DNA of 64,000 nucleotides from an uncultured Methylomirabilota bacterium (GTDB taxonomy: Bacteria; Methylomirabilota; Methylomirabilia; Methylomirabilales; 2-02-FULL-66-22), in the NCBI GenBank assembly GCA_963845565.1, contig CAWJSJ010000002.1, forward strand, positions 1,600,001 to 1,664,000. Reading direction: 5' to 3'. The notes beneath the pieces were generated by a model, which was given only the letters and a program-made list of their open reading frames with translations, was not told where the DNA came from and did no database searches. This document shows positions 22,401 through 32,037 of the stretch, piece by piece (within the stretch, counting starts at the first letter, position 1; every line of letters starts with the position of its first letter). The position numbers and the translations under genes were made by a program.

Positions 22401-25400
22401 GCCGCGGAGCCCCCGAAGTTGCACGGGCCCACGGCCGTCGCCCGCGATACGGCCGGGAACCTCTACATCGCCGACCGCGACGGCTACCGGGTCCGCAAGG
22501 TCACCGCCGCCGGCATCCTCTCCACCATCGCCGGCACCGGCACGGCGGGCTACAGCGGCGACGGCGGCCTCGCCACCGCCGCGCAGTTCCAGTACCCGAT
22601 GGGCATAGCGGTGGACGGGAGCGGCAACGTCTACATCGCCGACTACAACGACCACCGGGTCCGGAAGATCACTGCGGCCACCGGGATCATCTCCACCATC
22701 GCCGGCACCGGCACGGCGGGCTACAGCGGCGACGGTGGCCAAGCCACCAGCGCCCGGCTCTACAGCCCCAACGGGGTCCGCGTCGCCGCCAGCGCCCTCT
22801 ACATCGCCGACTCCAACAACGACCGGATCCGGAAGGTGGACCTCGCCACCGGGATCATCACCACCGTGGCCGGCACCGGCACGGCCGGCTACAGCGGCGA
22901 CGGCGGCCTCGCCACCGCCGCCCAGCTCTACACCCCGTACAATGTCGCCCTGGATGCGGCGAACAACCTGTACATCGCGGACTACGGCAACCAGCGGATC
23001 CGCAAGGTCGACGCCGCCACCGGGATCATCACCACCATCGCCGGCACCGGCACGGCGGGCACCACGGGGGACGGCGGCCCGGCCACCAGCGCCCAGATCT
23101 ACTACCCGACCGGGGTGGCGGTAGCCGAGGGCGGCACCGTCGTCTACCTCGCCGACTACTACAACGACCGGATCCGGAAGGTGGATGCCACCGGCACCAT
23201 CACCACCTATGCCGGCGGCGGCAACAAGCTGGGGGACGAGGGGCCGGCCACCGAGGCGTACGTCAACGGCCCCTACAGCCTCAGCGCGGATACCGCCGGC
23301 AACCTCTACATCGCCGCATACGGCGAATCCCGCATCCGCCAGATCGACACCGGCGGCTTCATCCACACCCTGGCCGGCACCGGGGAGGCGGGCTTCAGCG
23401 GGGACGGCAGCGTCGCCACGGGGGTGACGCTCACCGCCACGGCGGGCGGCTTCACCGACGCGATCATCCCGGTCCGGGTGGGGCAGACCACGTGGACGAT
23501 CAGCGTCGCCACCGACCTCACGACCTTGACCACCACCACGCCCGTCACCGTCCAGGCGTCGATCCCCAACGTCGGCAGCGGGCAGCGGCTGGCGGCTGCC
23601 ACCACCGTTACGCTCGGCAGCACCAACGCGGCGGTCCTGACGGTGCCGACCAGCGTGGCCATCGCCAATAACGCGACCTCCGGGGCGGTCACCGCCAGCA
23701 CGCACAACGTCACCGGCACGGCCCAGATCACCGCCGGTGCCGCCAACGGGATCGCCGCCGGCATCTCGCCCGTCGTCAACGTGCGGGGTCCCCAGTTCTT
23801 CTTCTCCGGCCAGGCGGGCACCTACACCACGCCGCTCAACGCCGGGACCGGGACCCGGGTCCAGGGCTACGTACAGCTCGCGGCCAACCCCACCGCCCCG
23901 GTAAACGTCACCCTCACCTCGGCGAACCCGGCGGTGCTGACGCTGGCCCCCTCCAACACCACCACGGCCGGGACCGGGAGCCTCACCGTCACCATCCCGA
24001 CGAATAGCAACTACGTCCTCTTCGACCTCGTCGGCGGCCCCACCGCCGCGGAGCCCCCGAAGTTGCACGGGCCCACGGCCGTCGCCCGCGATACGGCCGG
24101 GAACCTCTACATCGCCGACCGCGACGGCTACCGGGTCCGCAAGGTCACCGCCGCCGGCATCCTCTCCACCATCGCCGGCACCGGCACGGCGGGCTACAGC
24201 GGCGACGGCGGCCTCGCCACCGCCGCGCAGTTCCAGTACCCGATGGGCATAGCGGTGGACGGGAGCGGCAACGTCTACATCGCCGACTACAACGACCACC
24301 GGGTCCGGAAGATCACTGCGGCCACCGGGATCATCTCCACCATCGCCGGCACCGGCACGGCGGGCTACAGCGGCGACGGTGGCCAAGCCACCAGCGCCCG
24401 GCTCTACAGCCCCAACGGGGTCCGCGTCGCCGCCAGCGCCCTCTACATCGCCGACTCCAACAACGACCGGATCCGGAAGGTGGACCTCGCCACCGGGATC
24501 ATCACCACCGTGGCCGGCACCGGCACGGCCGGCTACAGCGGCGACGGCGGCCTCGCCACCGCCGCCCAGCTCTACACCCCGTACAATGTCGCCCTGGATG
24601 CGGCGAACAACCTGTACATCGCGGACTACGGCAACCAGCGGATCCGCAAGGTCGACGCCGCCACCGGGATCATCACCACCATCGCCGGCACCGGCACGGC
24701 GGGCACCACGGGGGACGGCGGCCCGGCCACCAGCGCCCAGATCTACTACCCGACCGGGGTGGCGGTAGCCGAGGGCGGCACCGTCGTCTACCTCGCCGAC
24801 TACTACAACGACCGGATCCGGAAGGTGGATGCCACCGGCACCATCACCACCTATGCCGGCGGCGGCAACAAGCTGGGGGACGAGGGGCCGGCCACCGAGG
24901 CGTACGTCAACGGCCCCTACAGCCTCAGCGCGGATACCGCCGGCAACCTCTACATCGCCGCATACGGCGAATCCCGCATCCGCCAGATCGACACCGGCGG
25001 CTTCATCCACACCCTGGCCGGCACCGGGGAGGCGGGCTTCAGCGGGGACGGCAGCGTCGCCACGGGGGTGACGCTCACCGCCACGGCGGGCGGCTTCACC
25101 GACGCGATCATCCCGGTCCGGGTGGGGCAGACCACGTGGACGATCAGCGTCGCCACCGACCTCACGACCTTGACCACCACCACGCCCGTCACCGTCCAGG
25201 CGTCGATCCCCAACGTCGGCAGCGGGCAGCGGCTGGCGGCTGCCACCACCGTTACGCTCGGCAGCACCAACGCGGCGGTCCTGACGGTGCCGACCAGCGT
25301 GGCCATCGCCAATAACGCGACCTCCGGGGCGGTCACCGCCAGCACGCACAACGTCACCGGCACGGCCCAGATCACCGCCGGTGCCGCCAACGGGATCGCC

Positions 25401-27074
25401 GCCGGCATCTCGCCCGTCGTCAACGTGCGGGGTCCCCAGTTCTTCTTCTCCGGCCAGGCGGGCACCTACACCACGCCGCTCAACGCCGGGACCGGGACCC
25501 GGGTCCAGGGCTACGTACAGCTCGCGGCCAACCCCACCGCCCCGGTAAACGTCACCCTCACCTCGGCGAACCCGGCGGTGCTGACGCTGGCCCCCTCCAA
25601 CACCACCACGGCCGGGACCGGGAGCCTCACCGTCACCATCCCGACGAATAGCAACTACGTCCTCTTCGACCTCGTCGGCGGCCCCACCGCCGCGGAGCCC
25701 CCGAAGTTGCACGGGCCCACGGCCGTCGCCCGCGATACGGCCGGGAACCTCTACATCGCCGACCGCGACGGCTACCGGGTCCGCAAGGTCACCGCCGCCG
25801 GCATCCTCTCCACCATCGCCGGCACCGGCACGGCGGGCTACAGCGGCGACGGCGGCCTCGCCACCGCCGCGCAGTTCCAGTACCCGATGGGCATAGCGGT
25901 GGACGGGAGCGGCAACGTCTACATCGCCGACTACAACGACCACCGGGTCCGGAAGATCACTGCGGCCACCGGGATCATCTCCACCATCGCCGGCACCGGC
26001 ACGGCGGGCTACAGCGGCGACGGTGGCCAAGCCACCAGCGCCCGGCTCTACAGCCCCAACGGGGTCCGCGTCGCCGCCAGCGCCCTCTACATCGCCGACT
26101 CCAACAACGACCGGATCCGGAAGGTGGACCTCGCCACCGGGATCATCACCACCGTGGCCGGCACCGGCACGGCCGGCTACAGCGGCGACGGCGGCCTCGC
26201 CACCGCCGCCCAGCTCTACACCCCGTACAATGTCGCCCTGGATGCGGCGAACAACCTGTACATCGCGGACTACGGCAACCAGCGGATCCGCAAGGTCGAC
26301 GCCGCCACCGGGATCATCACCACCATCGCCGGCACCGGCACGGCGGGCACCACGGGGGACGGCGGCCCGGCCACCAGCGCCCAGATCTACTACCCGACCG
26401 GGGTGGCGGTAGCCGAGGGCGGCACCGTCGTCTACCTCGCCGACTACTACAACGACCGGATCCGGAAGGTGGATGCCACCGGCACCATCACCACCTATGC
26501 CGGCGGCGGCAACAAGCTGGGGGACGAGGGGCCGGCCACCGAGGCGTACGTCAACGGCCCCTACAGCCTCAGCGCGGATACCGCCGGCAACCTCTACATC
26601 GCCGCATACGGCGAATCCCGCATCCGCCAGATCGACACCGGCGGCTTCATCCACACCCTGGCCGGCACCGGGGAGGCGGGCTTCAGCGGGGACGGCAGCG
26701 TCGCCACGGGGGTGACGCTCACCGCCACGGCGGGCGGCTTCGTCACCGGTGTCATCCCGGTGAGGGTGAATCAAACACAATTTGTCTTCTCGGGGTTGAG
26801 TACGACGATAAACAACGGGGTCACCGACACTTTCAATATCTATATCAATCACCCCAACATCGGGAATGTGCGAGCCGCAGCGACAACCGGTGTGGCCTTG
26901 ACGAGCAGCAATACCTCGGTTCTTGCCGACCCCGTGGCTGTGACCATCGCAAACAATACCACCAATGTGGCGGCATCGGTGACGGCAGCCGGACCAGGAA
27001 CGGCGACGCTGACGGCAAGCTCACCCGGCTCGGGGATCAATGCCGCCGGTTCGGCGACCATCACGGTGCCGTAA
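13488..27074 (+). CDS. Giant (~4,500 aa) secreted adhesin: dockerin-like, 6 PKD-like, 2 Fn3-like, IPT-like, DUF11, cadherin/Big-like, Calx-beta, PKD and 3 NHL propellers; split by several frameshifts
   Basis: ORFs 13488-17537, 17540-18058, 18454-20610, 20450-21940 and 21876-27074 join through 1-bp indels inside repeated domains; signal peptide at the N-terminus. Confidence 0.85.
14207..14917 (+). repeat. Near-exact 279-bp tandem repeat (PKD-like domains)
   Basis: CGTCAACCCGACGTTCGTTGCCGATACGCCGGG recurs with a 279-bp period. Confidence 0.9.
15426..16058 (+). repeat. 309-bp tandem duplication (Fn3-like domain)
   Basis: Two copies; the only difference seen is NGTVS versus NGAVS. Confidence 0.9.
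22143..26741 (+). repeat. 1644-bp tandem repeat, about 2.8 copies
   Basis: Units start at 22143, 23787 and 25431; identical shadow ORFs at 22735, 24379 and 26023. Confidence 0.95.
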
Positions 27075-27110
27075 CAGGCAACCGTCACGCGAAGGGCTCA
27101 ATGCAAAGAA

Positions 27111-27149
27111 AGACACGAAAGGCCTCCGTTACGGAGGTCTTTCGTGTCT
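27111..27149. terminator. Strong hairpin after the adhesin gene, probable terminator
   Basis: AGACACGAAAGGCCTCCG-TTA-CGGAGGTCTTTCGTGTCT. Confidence 0.75.
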
Positions 27150-27246
27150 AGTGATCTTCGACAAAAGGAGTTGACAGTCCGGGCGCGTGGGGGCTAGCGT
27201 GCCGTCTGCCGCTCCGGGCTATTCCCGGGGGTCGGAGGAGCGCAAC

Positions 27247-27615
27247 GTGGAGATCGTCAATCGAAGAGACAGCGCGCCGTTCGTCACCAAGGACGGGTCG
27301 GAGATCCGCTCGATTTTGGATCGGACCAATTCGAGCGCGGTCCACCAGAGCCTGGCGGAAGCCACGCTCCCGCCCGGCGCCGCCACGGAGGCGCACCGGC
27401 ATCCCCACACCGAGGAGATTTACTATATCCTGCGGGGCGCCGGCCAGATGACACTTGGGGCCGAGCAGCGAGAGGTCGGGCCGGGCGACGGCATCTTGAT
27501 CCCGCCGGGCACCCGCCACACGATCCAGAACGTCGGTCAGGAGCCACTGACGTTCCTCTGCTGCTGCGCACCGCCTTATGCGGATGAGGATACGGTGATG
27601 GGGCGTGAGGCGTGA
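27247..27615 (+). CDS. Cupin domain protein
   Basis: HRHPHTEEIYYILRGAG and GDGILIPPGTRH cupin motifs; GGAGGAG RBS. Confidence 0.88.
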   Translation: MEIVNRRDSAPFVTKDGSEIRSILDRTNSSAVHQSLAEATLPPGAATEAHRHPHTEEIYYILRGAGQMTLGAEQREVGPGDGILIPPGTRHTIQNVGQEPLTFLCCCAPPYADEDTVMGREA

Positions 27616-27665
27616 GAGCGTGAAGGGTGAGGCGTGAAACGTGAGGTGGGAGGCGAGAAGGCGTT
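27602..27665. repeat. Degenerate 7-bp tandem repeat (GCGTGAG)
   Basis: GGCGTGA GGCGTGA GAGCGTGA AGGGTGA GGCGTGA AACGTGA. Confidence 0.65.
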
Positions 27666-27688
27666 AGGAGCAAGGATCCTGACTTCCA

Positions 27689-27919
27689 TCAGGTTGCGCC
27701 CTGTTCGATGCGCGCGAAGACATCCATGACCGATCTCGCCGCGACCTCACCCCGATCATACGCGTCGATCCGGTCTTCCGCCTCGGCGGACCAGTGTTCG
27801 TCGATCGCCTTGCGTTCCGGGAGCAAGAACGTATCCAGGATTCGTTCGACCAGTTCGGCTTTCTCAAGGGGGGACAATTTCAACGCCTGAGCGAGAACCT
27901 CATGGGCCTGGGGTGACAT
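27689..27919 (-). CDS. Putative addiction-module antitoxin (TIGR02574-like)
   Basis: ALKLSPLEKAELVERIL...IDEHWSAEAEDRIDAYDRGE pattern. Confidence 0.75.
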   Translation of the reverse strand: MSPQAHEVLAQALKLSPLEKAELVERILDTFLLPERKAIDEHWSAEAEDRIDAYDRGEVAARSVMDVFARIEQGAT

Positions 27920-28002
27920 TTGCGCTCCCTTGTCCTCCGACGCCGCTCAAGGATGCGCGCCCAATTTCGCAACGCCATCCAACCGCGCCTGTCGGAACCT
28001 AG

Positions 28003-28154
28003 CAGGATGCGGAAAACCTCGCTTTTCCCCAGGCTGCTCAAAAGGGCCCAGATGCAAGGCGGAGTGCCGATGGCCGAGCGAGGCGTACTGGAAGTACGCC
28101 GCAGCGAGCGGCAAGGCGCTCCAACGTCGCAGATGGGCCTTTTTCAGCAGCCTG
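28003..28154 (+). mobile_element. Family-A MITE/REP-like element
   Basis: CTAG-CAGGATGCGGAAAA...TTTTTCAGCAGCCTG-CTAA. Confidence 0.8.
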
Positions 28155-28323
28155 CTAAACGGCGCCTTCATGGTACGGGCAGCGCCGGCAATTGTCCAGT
28201 GTCTTGCGGAGAGAGGCCCCCGCAAGTGGGAGACCGGGAGATCGGGTAATTGGGGAGCTTAGCAATCTGGCGATTGGGCGATGCAGCCTCTGCCAGTCCG
28301 GGCCGCATGTCGTGCTTCTCGCG

Positions 28324-29709
28324 TTATCGCTGCTTCAAGAGCCAATCGATGATTTCGGAGCCATCCCGTGGCCCCCTCTTCGTCCCGGGCGCGACGTCTT
28401 GCGGGGGCGCGGGAGGTCGGGTCCTCCGGGAGGATTTGACCTTCCCTTCCGTCGGGGGGGACGTGGGTTTCGTCTCTCCCAGCCCCTCCCTCTCCTTGGG
28501 CGGAGGTTCCGGAAGCACCCGTTCCGGACGCGGCTGTGCCTGCGAAGGTGGAGCCGGCAGCTCCGGCGCCCTCTTTTCGGATTCTTCCGCAGGCGCCGGT
28601 TCAGGGATCACCGTCTGACGTGGTTGCGGTTGGGGCGGCGGCTGGTACGTGTCCTCCGGGGCCCACCGAGGGTAGAGCACCCAGAATGACGCGGCGGCGA
28701 GCACGAGGAGCACGCCGACGATCGCGGTGACGATCCACCGCGTGCCCACCCGCGGACGCTGCGAGGGTTGTCCCCCGGCCTTGGCCGCCGTGGCCACGGG
28801 CCGACGTCCGCTGGTTGGCTTCCCCACTCGCCCCGCCCCTACCCGTTGCAGGAACTCGTGGACCACCTCGTTCGCGCTGTTCTGGCGCCATTTCGGCGCT
28901 TTCTCCAGCGCCCGCAGGATCTGGGCCTCGATCTCGACCGGGATCTCCGCCCGCAATGCCTTGGGTGGAGTCGGCGCGACCGAGAGGTGCATGGCCAGGA
29001 CGGCCTCGGACGTGGACCCGCGGAAGGGGACGACGCCTGTCAGCATTTGGTAGAGGACGATCCCGAAGGCATAGATGTCCGTCTGTTTGGTGATCTCCCG
29101 TCGTTGGATCTGCTCCGGAGCCGCATACGCCGGCGTGCGCGTGAGTTGCGTCGCGGGAACGAGGTGATCCATGGCCCCCGCGTTCTTCAACCGCGCCCGC
29201 TCGAAGCCGATGAGCTTCACGGTGTCCTTGTCCCCCAGGACCAGGACGTTCTTCGGGTGCACGTCCGTGTGGACAAGACTCGCATCATGGGCCGCGGTCA
29301 ATCCCTCGGCCATCTGGACGGCCACGGACAAGGCGCGGTCGATCTGGAGGACCCCTTTCTCCTGCCGCAGCACGTCGTGCAGGGTCCGTCCCTCGATCTG
29401 CTCCATCACGATGAAGAGGCTGCCATCGTCCGCTTGGTCGCAGTCGTACACTCTGACGATATGGGGTTGCGTCTTCGAGAGGGCTGCGACGGCCATCATC
29501 TGTCGATGGAGCCTCTCCACAAACTCCTTTCCCTTCGTAAACTCGCCCCGGAACAGCTTCACGACGAGCCCGGCCCCCGTCCCGTGCTGCTGGGCAAGGT
29601 ACGTCACCCCCAGGCTGCCCGTCGCGAGCCGGCGCGTCACGTGGTACTTGCCCTTGATCACCTGGCCGACCAAGGGGTCCGCGGCTCCCCCATCCCCCGT
29701 CCGCTCCAC
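28324..29709 (-). CDS. Membrane-anchored Hanks-type Ser/Thr kinase-like protein, probable pseudokinase
   Basis: Kinase subdomains VVKLF, HTDVHPKNVLV, YAAPEQ, DIYAFGIVLYQMLTG; one TM helix; Pro-rich tail; GTG after GGAGGAG. Confidence 0.8.
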   Translation of the reverse strand: MERTGDGGAADPLVGQVIKGKYHVTRRLATGSLGVTYLAQQHGTGAGLVVKLFRGEFTKGKEFVERLHRQMMAVAALSKTQPHIVRVYDCDQADDGSLFIVMEQIEGRTLHDVLRQEKGVLQIDRALSVAVQMAEGLTAAHDASLVHTDVHPKNVLVLGDKDTVKLIGFERARLKNAGAMDHLVPATQLTRTPAYAAPEQIQRREITKQTDIYAFGIVLYQMLTGVVPFRGSTSEAVLAMHLSVAPTPPKALRAEIPVEIEAQILRALEKAPKWRQNSANEVVHEFLQRVGAGRVGKPTSGRRPVATAAKAGGQPSQRPRVGTRWIVTAIVGVLLVLAAASFWVLYPRWAPEDTYQPPPQPQPRQTVIPEPAPAEESEKRAPELPAPPSQAQPRPERVLPEPPPKEREGLGETKPTSPPTEGKVKSSRRTRPPAPPQDVAPGTKRGPRDGSEIIDWLLKQR

Positions 29710-29903
29710 GGTGCTCCTCCTCTTCTCACACCGGTGCGTCGGGGCCGCCGGGCACTGTGTGTCTTGCCCCGACCCGGCGGTCCGGGAATATACTACCTCA
29801 CCCCCTTCCATAACTCCAGTGGACGCACCGGGGACGGGAGGCGGGAGAGCGTGAGGCGAGCGAGCAGAGGACAGTGCGGCAGCGGGACAGGGGAGGGGTG
29901 GGG

Positions 29904-31106
29904 CTAGGTCAGCGTGAGGAGCACGACCTCGGGCGGGGCGTTCAGGCGAATCGGGGTCCAGGCGGTGCCGATGCCGCGGGTCCCGTACGCGTGGGAGGCG
30001 TTGAGGCGATAGAGGCCCCCAGGGTACGGGCTCAGGAGGTGGGCCACGCTCAGCTCCAGGCCGGGGAGGTTCACCCGGATCTGGCCGCCATGCCAGTGAC
30101 CGGCGAGCGTCAGGGGAACCCCGTGACAGGCCGCATCCGGGAAGATCTCGGGGTAATGCGATAAGAGGAGCGTCGGGGTGGACGGATCGAGTCCGTGCAA
30201 CGCCGCTCCAAGATCCGGCCGCCCGCTCTCGAGGTCGTCTATCCCGGCAACGGCGAACGGCCCCTGGTCCGTCTGGATGACGCGATGGGCATTGTTCAGC
30301 AGCGCGATCTGCTGCGCGCGAAAGACGGCCTCGATCTCGCGCGGGTTCCCGTACCAGTGCTCGTGGTTTCCCAGGACGGCAAAGGTGCCGTAGCGGGAGC
30401 GCACCCGCGCCAGCTCCTCGGCGCACCCGTACAGGAACGACATCGCGTTGGAGATGAAATCCCCGGTGAGGACGAACAGGTCCGGCTGGAGGGTATTCGC
30501 CAGGTCGGCATAGTCTTTCACTGCATCGCGCGTCATGTACAATCCGGCGTGGATGTCGCTGAGGTGGACCACGCGCAGCGAGCGGCCGAACGGCACGGAG
30601 AGCTCGGTGACCCGATACGCCCTGGTGGCGTATGCCGAACGGTATCCCACAAACACGAAAGGGGCCGAGGCGAGGCCGGCCAAGCCGGCCTGGAGCAACC
30701 GACGCCGGTGGATGTCTCTCGGCGCCGGCGGCGCGGCCCCCGCCGCACGCCTCGAGAGCCGGGAGGCGAGATGGCGCAGGCGGCTGGCGGCTCGAAGCAG
30801 GCACAGCACCACGGCGGAGAGTATTGACCCGTAGTTCCACACCACCGCCGGAAACAGCAGGCCGACCTGGGCGGCGAACGGGGGCTCCACCCAGGGCAGG
30901 CGGGCGAGCACGACGTAGGCGTGGAGCACCCACAGGCACGCGATGGCGGCGCCGACGTACCACGTCGCCCGCGACCGGAATCGCGCGGACCACGCCGAGG
31001 CCCGGAGGGCCCGGCGGACCTGGAGGAAGAGGTAGATTTACGCCAGGGCCCCGACCAGCAGGATGGCCGGGCGAAAGAGCAAGAGAGCGGCACCAAGCGC
31101 GTGCAT
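29904..31106 (-). pseudogene. Membrane metallophosphoesterase (YkuE-like) with an in-frame TAA at codon 23
   Basis: SDIH, TGDF, GNHE and GHWHGGQ motifs; in-frame N-terminus MHALG...GALA*IYLFLQ with TAA at 31038-31040. Confidence 0.7.
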
Positions 31107-31207
31107 GCGGCGGACTCCGGTTCAAATGCTTGCTGCGACCCGGAAGATATGAGAACCTCCGGGCATGCGCAAGCGCCTCTGTCTGGAAGCCATGCGAAGG
31201 AACGGAT

Positions 31208-31663
31208 ATGCAACCGGAACCGGATGTGAGCAAGGCCAGGCAGCTCCGCCCATCGGTGGCGGCGATCATCCCCAACGACGACGGGCACGTCCTGTTGCAG
31301 CGCCGATCGGATAACGGCCTGTGGGGCCTCCCCGGCGGCGGGGTGGAGATCGGGGAATCCGTCTCGACCGCCATCGTCCGGGAGGTCCAGGAAGAGACGG
31401 GGCTGACCGTGATGATCGAACGCCTGGTGGGGGTGTATTCCGACCCGCGGTTTCAGGTGGTCCGGTACGCGGATGGGAATGTCGTGCACTACATCAATAC
31501 CCTCTTCGTCTGTCGCATCGCGGGAGGGACGCTCCAGACCTGCGAGGAGACCCTGGATCTCCAGTTCTTCGACCCGGCGCACCTCCCCGAAGGAATGCTT
31601 CTCTCGCACCGGATCCGGGTCCAGGACGCCGTGGCCAACCGCCCCGAGGGGTTTATCCGGTGA
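31208..31663 (+). CDS. NUDIX hydrolase
   Basis: Nudix box GGGVEIGESVSTAIVREVQEETG. Confidence 0.92.
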   Translation: MQPEPDVSKARQLRPSVAAIIPNDDGHVLLQRRSDNGLWGLPGGGVEIGESVSTAIVREVQEETGLTVMIERLVGVYSDPRFQVVRYADGNVVHYINTLFVCRIAGGTLQTCEETLDLQFFDPAHLPEGMLLSHRIRVQDAVANRPEGFIR

Positions 31664-31670
31664 ATCCGGT

Positions 31671-31808
31671 AGCCCGCATCATTCGCGAACACAACTCGAG
31701 AACAATGCGGGCTTAATAAGAACCCTGCATCCTCCCGCTGCAGGCGGGAATGGCTGCTCGTCCGGTAAGCCCGGATTATTCACGACGGAGTCGTGAATAA
31801 TCCGGGCT
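31671..31808. repeat. Two related palindromes (family C)
   Basis: AGCCCGCATCATTCGCGA..TCGAGAACAATGCGGGCT (31671-31713) and perfect AGCCCGGATTATTCACGAC-GGA-GTCGTGAATAATCCGGGCT (31768-31808). Confidence 0.7.
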
Positions 31809-32037
31809 GGGCAGTTAGGCCGGTTTCGAGCCGGCGGGCTTGCCCGCTGACACCGCACGGTCCGCGCGGTCTCTGGCGATCCCGATTCCTCTCGTTGCTT
31901 CCTGTCCCCCCTCGCCCTTTTGGTTTTGACAGACCATTTCCGCTATGGTATCTAATTGCCTCGTTTGTTTATCCTGATAACCATACAGGACCGCCGCGGG
32001 GCTATTCTCTGCACTCTAAACCAACAGGACCCCACCC

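Noticed and set aside
22080..26852. 1590-aa antisense ORF
   Set aside because: Shadow of the high-GC3 repeated NHL coding strand; it is long because one stop-free unit is repeated.
28324..31374. 1016-aa kinase ORF
   Set aside because: The N-terminal ~550 aa are low-complexity and overlap the phosphoesterase in another frame; a good RBS and GTG lie at 29709.
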